This document shows, piece by piece, positions 57,888 through 64,000 of a DNA stretch of 64,000 nucleotides; the stretch's first letter is position 1; each line of letters starts with the position of its first letter. This DNA is from Endomicrobiales bacterium (GTDB lineage: Bacteria; Elusimicrobiota; Endomicrobiia; Endomicrobiales; CAWCFT01). The notes below the pieces were generated by a model that saw nothing but the letters and a program-made list of their open reading frames with translations, made no database searches and was not told the DNA's origin. Position numbers and translations under genes: made by a program. Location: contig CAWCFT010000004.1 of NCBI GenBank assembly GCA_963794945.1, positions 370,691-434,690 of the forward strand. The letters are read 5' to 3'.

Positions 57888-58862
57888 TTATTTAGGACTC
57901 GGGGAGTTCACGGTAAACCCTAAGTCTTCGATCATCTTCAGGTCCTGTTCCGTGCCGCGGCCGGAAGTGGTGAGGTAGTTGCCCGTCATCATACCGTTTG
58001 CTCCGGCAAAAAATATCCACGACTGCAGGTCGCGGAGGTTCACTTCCCTTCCGCCGCAGACGCTTATATCTTTATCCGGAAGAATGTAGCGGACAACAGC
58101 TATGCTTTTTAGTATCTCTTCGCATGAAAGCGGCTCTTGGCAGGCGAGCGGCGTGCCTTTTACGGGATTAAGAAAATTAAGCGGTATAGAATCTGCGTCA
58201 AGCTCCTTTAAAGCGAAAGCGAACTCGACCCTCTGGGCGCGCGTTTCTCCGAGGCCGAAAATACCGCCGGAACAGAGTTCAAGCCCGGCCTTTTTGGCGG
58301 ACTTCGCTGTCCTGAATCTGTCAGAGAAACTATGGGTTGAACATATGTTCGGGTAAAAACTCTCGGCGGTCTCGATATTGTGGTGGAACCGTTTGAGCCC
58401 GCTTGCCTTAAGTCTTTTTAATTGTTCGAACTCAAGTTCGCCAAGCGACGCCGAAAGGCGTATGCCTTTGCCTTTATTCTCAGAAATATAGCCGCAAATC
58501 TTTTCGACTTCGTTTTCAGATAGAGCTTTACCGCTCGTCACTATACCGAAACACCCAGCCTGATTCTTCACCGCGGTTTCGAGCGCGCCGTTCAACGCGT
58601 TCGAACTTACAAGCGGATATTTTTCAACTTTCGCCTTATGCTTTGCAGACTGCGCGCAGAAAGCGCAGTTCTCCGAGCAGGCTCCCGATTTCGCGTTTAT
58701 TATGCTGCAGAGGTTTATATTTTTGCCTTTGAAGTGTTCCCTTATCTTATTAGCGCCGGAAAGAAGATCTATAAAGTCGGATGCCCAGAGCGCCGATGCA
58801 TCAACACTGCGCAGGCTGCGGCCGTTTATTATATCATCCGCAATATTTAATGTGTCAGCCAT
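57888..58862 (-). CDS. bioB: Biotin synthase
   Basis: NAKSGACSENCAFCAQS, HHNIET, CSGGIFG, IPLNFL, GNYLTT. Confidence 0.96.
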   Translation of the reverse strand: MADTLNIADDIINGRSLRSVDASALWASDFIDLLSGANKIREHFKGKNINLCSIINAKSGACSENCAFCAQSAKHKAKVEKYPLVSSNALNGALETAVKNQAGCFGIVTSGKALSENEVEKICGYISENKGKGIRLSASLGELEFEQLKRLKASGLKRFHHNIETAESFYPNICSTHSFSDRFRTAKSAKKAGLELCSGGIFGLGETRAQRVEFAFALKELDADSIPLNFLNPVKGTPLACQEPLSCEEILKSIAVVRYILPDKDISVCGGREVNLRDLQSWIFFAGANGMMTGNYLTTSGRGTEQDLKMIEDLGFTVNSPSPK

Positions 58863-58880
58863 TATTTCTCCAATATAACA

Positions 58881-58911
58881 ATGTCAACCATACAATAGTA
58901 ATGGTTGACAT
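58881..58911. promoter_or_regulatory. BirA-type biotin operator
   Basis: ATGTCAACCAT-N9-ATGGTTGACAT (TGTCAAC-N15-GTTGACA), 18 nt upstream of the bioB start. Confidence 0.85.
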
Positions 58912-58926
58912 GGGCTTAAAAAATTT

Positions 58927-60213
58927 TTAGCTTTCTATCCTGAACTTAACACTTTTGGCTTTCGTTATACTGAGGTCGTCGATCTGCTTAAGAGCTTTGT
59001 TTAGCCCGTCGAGGTTTGTGCGGTGGGTCAGCATTATTATGGGGACCCCGCGGCGGCGCTTGGCAAGGGGTTCTTCCTGGTAAACGGTGGCTATGGAAAC
59101 CCCGAACTTGCCCAATATCCCCGATATCCTTGAGAGCACGCCCGGCTTGTCGGTAGTTACAATGCGCAGATAATACGAGCCTTCACTGTCCGAATCGTCT
59201 ATTAATTTGGGGCTCTTGGACGGGTCGTAAGTTATGTAGGGGACCTTGCCGGCGGTGCCGTTCGCGACTTCGCGCGAGAGAAATATTATGTCAGCCACCA
59301 CCGCGCTTGCAGCGGGCATCTGTCCGGCGCCTTTGCCGTAGAGCATGATGTCGCCGGCCGCATCACCGTGGACCAGGATAGCGTTGTATTCCTTTTCTAC
59401 GTTGGCGAAAGTGTGTTTATTGGGCACGAGGCACGGCTCAACCGACAGCTCAAGCCCGTCATCTCCCGAAACAGCCGTACCCAGGAGTTTTATAACGTAG
59501 CCGAACTTCCTGGCGAAATACACGTCATCTATAGAGACTTCTTCTATCCCGCTGGTCCTGATATCGTCGAGCTTTACCCAGGCGCCCCACGCGAGCGACG
59601 AAAGTATGGCGAGCTTGTTGGCGGTGTCTATTCCCTCGATGTCAAAAGAGGGGTCTGCTTCGGCGAAACCGGATTTTTGCGCGCGGACAAGGGCCGAAGC
59701 GAACGTGATCTTTTCCCTGGTCATCTCGCTTAAGATGTAATTAGTGGTGCCATTCAATATGCCGGATATTTTCTCTATGCGGTTAGCCGCGAGACCTTCA
59801 TTTAGAACCTGTATGACGGGGATTGCCCCGCAGACCGAGGCCTCGAAATACACGAGCTTCGAATATTTACCGGCGATAGAAAATATCTCATCCCAGTGTT
59901 TGACCAGCACGGCTTTGTTGGCGGTTACAACGTGCTTGCCGCTCTTGAGCGCCTCGACGATGACGGTCCTCGCCGGTTCGTAGCCGCCCATGAGTTCCAC
60001 AATGATATCGATGTCCCTTCGTATTATCAGTTCCCTGAAATCTTTGACATGCAGGGATTTCTGGGGTATTTTTTTCAGGTCGCAGATAGCCACTATCTCG
60101 CATGTGGCGCCTATCTTTTTCTCTATTGCCTTTCTGTTGTCCTCAATTATCTTATAGACACCCTGGCCAACAGTGCCGTAGCCCACTAACGCTATCCTTA
60201 TTATTTTCTTCAT
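58927..60213 (-). CDS. hom: Homoserine dehydrogenase with ACT domain
   Basis: GYGTVG, VTANK, GILNGTTNYIL, GFAEADP, DKPGVL. Confidence 0.95.
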   Translation of the reverse strand: MKKIIRIALVGYGTVGQGVYKIIEDNRKAIEKKIGATCEIVAICDLKKIPQKSLHVKDFRELIIRRDIDIIVELMGGYEPARTVIVEALKSGKHVVTANKAVLVKHWDEIFSIAGKYSKLVYFEASVCGAIPVIQVLNEGLAANRIEKISGILNGTTNYILSEMTREKITFASALVRAQKSGFAEADPSFDIEGIDTANKLAILSSLAWGAWVKLDDIRTSGIEEVSIDDVYFARKFGYVIKLLGTAVSGDDGLELSVEPCLVPNKHTFANVEKEYNAILVHGDAAGDIMLYGKGAGQMPAASAVVADIIFLSREVANGTAGKVPYITYDPSKSPKLIDDSDSEGSYYLRIVTTDKPGVLSRISGILGKFGVSIATVYQEEPLAKRRRGVPIIMLTHRTNLDGLNKALKQIDDLSITKAKSVKFRIES

Positions 60214-60235
60214 TTAGATTCCCTTATTATATTTT

Positions 60236-61420
60236 CTATTTAATGAATTCTTTAATTCTCAGGAGCGCGTCATGAAAGCGGTTGTCGTGCGTGACAAGCG
60301 CCATCCTGACATAACCCTCGCCGGCTTTTCCGAACCCTATACCCGGCGTTACTACCACTCCCGTTTCTTTAAGCAGCCTTTCGGCGAAATCGAGAGAGCC
60401 TGTTTTCTGGAATTTTTCCGGTATCTTGACCCAAAGGTACATTGTTCCCTTGGTTTTTTCGCATTTCCAGCCTATTTTATTTAGGCCCTGCACCATTTTT
60501 TCCATCCTGCGCTGGTATATCTTCATCTGCTCTTTGACGCAGTCCTGAGGGCCTTCAAGGGCGGCTGCCGCCGCTAGCTGAATAAAAGTCGGGACACCAT
60601 AGTCGAGGAAGGATTTGAACTTTTCAAGCGGAGCCAGCAGTTTTGCCGAGCCGCAAGCCCAGCCCACTCGCCAGCCGGCCATGTTGAATGTCTTTGAAAA
60701 CGAATGGAATTCCAGGGCGATATCTTTAGCGCCCGGGAACTGGAAAATGGAAGGCGCGTTGTATCCTTCAAAAATCACTTCCGAATAAGCGTTATCGTAC
60801 ACGAGCAGTATCTCGTACTTCTTGCAGAACGCTATGGCTTTCTCCAGAAAACTGTTGTCTTCCACAACGGCGGCCGTAGGGTTGTTAGGGTAATTCATGA
60901 AGAATATCTTGGCTTTTTTGGCTATATCTTCGGGAATTTTATCCAGCTCGGGAATGAATTTGTTCTCTTCCAGGAGCGGCACTGAATAAACCTCACCGCC
61001 GGAAAGGACAACACCGTTAAAATGCACGGGATAGCACGGGTCGCAAACAAGGGCGATATCGCCGGGGTCAAGATAAGACATACAAAGGTGGGCAACACCC
61101 TCTTTTGAGCCTATCAGGGCTATCATTTCAGACTCCGGGTCGAGGCTAACATTGAACCTTGTCTGCATCCACGTGGAAACGGCTTTCCTGAACCTCGGCA
61201 TGCCCTTGGCCTGCGGGTAGCGGTGCGTCCTGTGATGGTTCTGCACGGTATCGCAGAGCCTGTCAATGACGTGTTTGGGAGTGGGCATATCGGGATTGCC
61301 CATAGAAAGGTCGATGACATCCAGCTTTTTCGCTGAAACCTCGTTCTTTAACGCGTTTATGCGCGCGAAAAGATACGGCGGAAGCGACCTGATCTTTTTT
61401 GAGGGTATTATTTTTTCCAT
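60236..61420 (-). CDS. Class I/II PLP aminotransferase (AlaC/DapL-like)
   Basis: LPPYLF, MGNPD, GSKEG, NYPNNPT, SFSKTFNMAGWR, KSFLDYG. Confidence 0.85.
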   Translation of the reverse strand: MEKIIPSKKIRSLPPYLFARINALKNEVSAKKLDVIDLSMGNPDMPTPKHVIDRLCDTVQNHHRTHRYPQAKGMPRFRKAVSTWMQTRFNVSLDPESEMIALIGSKEGVAHLCMSYLDPGDIALVCDPCYPVHFNGVVLSGGEVYSVPLLEENKFIPELDKIPEDIAKKAKIFFMNYPNNPTAAVVEDNSFLEKAIAFCKKYEILLVYDNAYSEVIFEGYNAPSIFQFPGAKDIALEFHSFSKTFNMAGWRVGWACGSAKLLAPLEKFKSFLDYGVPTFIQLAAAAALEGPQDCVKEQMKIYQRRMEKMVQGLNKIGWKCEKTKGTMYLWVKIPEKFQKTGSLDFAERLLKETGVVVTPGIGFGKAGEGYVRMALVTHDNRFHDALLRIKEFIK

Positions 61421-61601
61421 TTTATTGTACCCGCCTGTTTATTTCTTGTCTATTATATCTAATTTGGCCTGCTTTTTGCAAAAAATTACACAGATTAATC
61501 AAAGATTTAATCTGTGGGGTCCGGTTCTGACCGCCGGCAAAACGCTGGCGGGAGACGGATATCCGCCAGCCAGCAACAGGCTCCGGCGGACACGAACATA
61601 T

Positions 61602-61883
61602 TTACACTGCGTTCTTTCTCTCTATATATACCGGAGTGTTTTTCGCATACGCCCTTAGAACAACGGCTATCAAGACGCAGGCGAGCCCGTAGGTTATCTC
61701 AAAACCGGACCAGTTGCGCCATTGGCTTATTGTGATGAAATCCCATTTATGAGGGGAATAGAGGTTGGCTTCCGGCTCGCCAAAGAAGAGGTCCCAAAAA
61801 CCCTTCGCGGTTACTATCAAACCCCAGGAGAGGAAAATCCATCCGGAGCAGTAGACCAATCCCCGGATCTTTATTTTTTCCAT
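61602..61883 (-). CDS. Small two-TM hypothetical protein
   Basis: Two hydrophobic helices; follows the HU gene on the same strand. Confidence 0.65.
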   Translation of the reverse strand: MEKIKIRGLVYCSGWIFLSWGLIVTAKGFWDLFFGEPEANLYSPHKWDFITISQWRNWSGFEITYGLACVLIAVVLRAYAKNTPVYIERKNAV

Positions 61884-61903
61884 ATATCGCGCGTGAGAGG
61901 CTG

Positions 61904-62176
61904 TTACTGAATAAGCTTGCGAAGAGTAGTGGTCGGTTTGAACGAAACCTTCTTTCCCGGGGGCACTGGGATTATCTCACCTGTCTTGGGGTTCCTGCCC
62001 TGGCGTGCTTTACGAGCTTTTGACCTGAAAGACCCAAGCCCGGAAAGCGATACCACTTCACCTGATTTCAACGCGTCCTGGATCACTTTAACCAGTCCCT
62101 TGATCGATCTTGAGGCATCTCCCTGCGTAAGTCCGGAAACTTCTGCCACTTTTCTAACCACATCCGGTTTTTTCAT
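61904..62176 (-). CDS. hup: HU-family DNA-binding protein
   Basis: GLGSF, RKARQGRNPKTGEII, VSFKP. Confidence 0.92.
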   Translation of the reverse strand: MKKPDVVRKVAEVSGLTQGDASRSIKGLVKVIQDALKSGEVVSLSGLGSFRSKARKARQGRNPKTGEIIPVPPGKKVSFKPTTTLRKLIQ

Positions 62177-62641
62177 GAACCTCACCTCTCTTAATGTACA
62201 ATGCTTGAACTGATATCTGCAATGTCTATAATGTATTAATTTTATAATATAATTTTAAACAAAAGTCAAGGGTTTTTATTTATTTGCAAAATATAGCATT
62301 TTTAATCAAAACAGCTGGTATTGTGAAAGGTTTTTTGATAAATTTTTATAAATGCCGAAAACCTCGTTTTATTCCAGGCAAAATAATTTATTTTAATCGG
62401 CGTAACCGCTGCGAAAACAAATCTTCGTCGCAAATTGCGTTATTTTGTGTGTTCGTTCTTGACAAAAAATGACAAAAGATATATAATTTTGTGACATTTT
62501 TAGAATATATTCCGGATTTTATTCCGGGTATTTTGAGTAGTAGCGGATATTTGAATTTGAAATATAGCCTAAATATTATTTCAGAGTTTTAAAAAAACTG
62601 TTGCAAATTCAAGGTTTAGGTTATCCGCGGAGTTGCAGATA

Positions 62642-63242
62642 ATGAGCAGCGACGTTTTTGTGCTTAACAGAAGTTTCTATGCGGTTCAGATAACATCCTG
62701 GCAGAGGGCGCTCAGCCTTGTCTACCTGGAACATGCTTCTGTAATTGACGGAGACTATAAAACCTACTCCTTTGAAGACTGGCGCAACCTTTCGAGTATC
62801 ATCCAGAGCCATCCCGCAGGCTTTGTCAATACCCCCAAATTTAAAATAGCCATACCTGAAGTGATTGCGCTGAAGCTTTACGACCGCCTTCCCACAACCG
62901 AAGTCAAATTTACCCGCAGGAATATATATGAGCATTACGGATACCGCTGCTGCTACTGCGGCAAGAAGCTCGGTTCCGCAGACCTGAACCTCGAACACGT
63001 TGTACCGAAAAGCCGCGGCGGAAAGACCGGCTGGGATAACATCGTAACCGCCTGTGTGCCATGCAACCTTAAAAAAGCCGACAAACTTCCAGATGAGGCC
63101 GGGATGAAACTATTAATAAAACCCAATCCAAACCAAAATGGCGGGGAAACATGTCGCTCATACTTCAATCTCCTGTAAAAATGCGCACTACCTGGCAGCG
63201 CTTCATAGACACATGTATTGGAACCAGGAACTGGAAGAATAA
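62642..63242 (+). CDS. HNH endonuclease (McrA-like); frameshifts in the C-terminal tail
   Basis: VLNRSF, PEVI, FTRRNIY, CCYCG, EHVVPKSRGG..WDNIVTACVPCNLKKAD; tail continues in other frames (WQRFI, YWNQELEE*). Confidence 0.88.
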
Positions 63243-63382
63243 TCAAAGGGATGATGACCAAATCCAATGACCAATATAACAATAACCAGCAAATAATATC
63301 CACAATTCCTTTTTAACTTATGTTTTTGAGGTTGTGTGTTAGGGATTTTGGGTTTAGTTTGTTGCAATTTAAGGAGCTACAA

Positions 63383-63979
63383 ATGGACGAGATCAAGATC
63401 TTATTATCCGAGAAAGACATACCCGAAAAATGGTACAATATTCAAGCAGATCTTCCAAAGCCACTTCCGCCATACTTGCATCCGGCAACAAAACAACCTA
63501 TGGGCCCGGCAGACCTTGCTCCGCTTTTCCCGATGGAACTTATCAAGCAGGAAGTTTCAACGGAACGCTGGATAGAGATACCCGAAGAAGTCAGGAACAT
63601 TTACAAGCAGTGGCGCCCTTCGCCTCTTTTCAGGGCGAAAAGGCTTGAAAAACTGTTGAAAACACCTGCGAAAATATATTACAAGTACGAAGGCGTAAGC
63701 CCATCCGGAAGCCATAAATCCAACACTGCGATAGCTCAGGCCTACTATAATATGAAGGAAGGTGTCGCAAGGATAGCCACCGAGACCGGAGCCGGCCAGT
63801 GGGGTTCGGCGCTCAGCCTCGCCTGCAATTTGTTCGGGCTTAAGTGCACTGTATATATGGTAAAGGTATCATATAACCAGAAACCCTACAGAAAATCCCT
63901 TATGCAGGTGTTTGGCGCTGAAGTTTTTCCCAGCCCAACGGACAGAACCAACGCTGGCAGGAACGTTAGCAATACGTAA
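63383..63979 (+). CDS. trpB2: TrpB2-type PLP enzyme (tryptophan synthase beta-like), incomplete near the window end
   Basis: [44 protein letters not shown]. Confidence 0.9.
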   Translation: MDEIKILLSEKDIPEKWYNIQADLPKPLPPYLHPATKQPMGPADLAPLFPMELIKQEVSTERWIEIPEEVRNIYKQWRPSPLFRAKRLEKLLKTPAKIYYKYEGVSPSGSHKSNTAIAQAYYNMKEGVARIATETGAGQWGSALSLACNLFGLKCTVYMVKVSYNQKPYRKSLMQVFGAEVFPSPTDRTNAGRNVSNT

Positions 63980-64000
63980 ACCGAACCAGGTGTCAGGCAC

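Noticed and set aside
61514..61592. Riboswitch or T-box upstream of the aminotransferase-hom operon
   Set aside because: Two CCGCC/GGCGG hairpins resemble the mini-hairpins in the repeat families; no SAM, lysine or T-box consensus recognised
1..64000. tRNA, rRNA, tmRNA or SRP genes
   Set aside because: No characteristic conserved motifs recognised by eye; a covariance-model scan would be needed to exclude them fully

Overview
Bacterial chromosomal window of moderate GC, with almost all genes on the minus strand. Gene style is consistent with an uncultured anaerobe, possibly Elusimicrobiota; this is inference only. Core content: kamA-family radical SAM gene; a GT2/deacetylase/YaiO exopolysaccharide operon; MNT-HEPN pair; ptsP; an ECF sigma/anti-sigma/Spy/TolC/RND cluster; panB-folK; a DapL-type lysine pathway (lysA-dapF-dapA-dapB-dapL); mfd; ppdK; an interrupted biotin operon (bioB-fabG-fabF...bioF-bioD-bioA) with a BirA-type operator; hom; HU; an HNH nuclease; and trpB2. 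Main observations: (1) a 59-aa Bd0055-like bacterial histone missed by the ORF track, close to other small basic DNA-binding proteins; (2) two families of palindromic intergenic repeats, each with one copy enclosing a small nuclease gene (GIY-YIG or DUF559) and several empty copies, plus 7-nt-periodic inverted repeats, one of them in frame inside bioA; (3) fabG/fabF paralogues directly behind bioB; (4) a diverged duplicate of the fabF 3' end between two AAA-DUF4143 ATPase genes; (5) a candidate structured RNA. About a dozen genes carry frameshifts, most likely sequencing or assembly indels. No tRNA, rRNA or CRISPR array was recognised.
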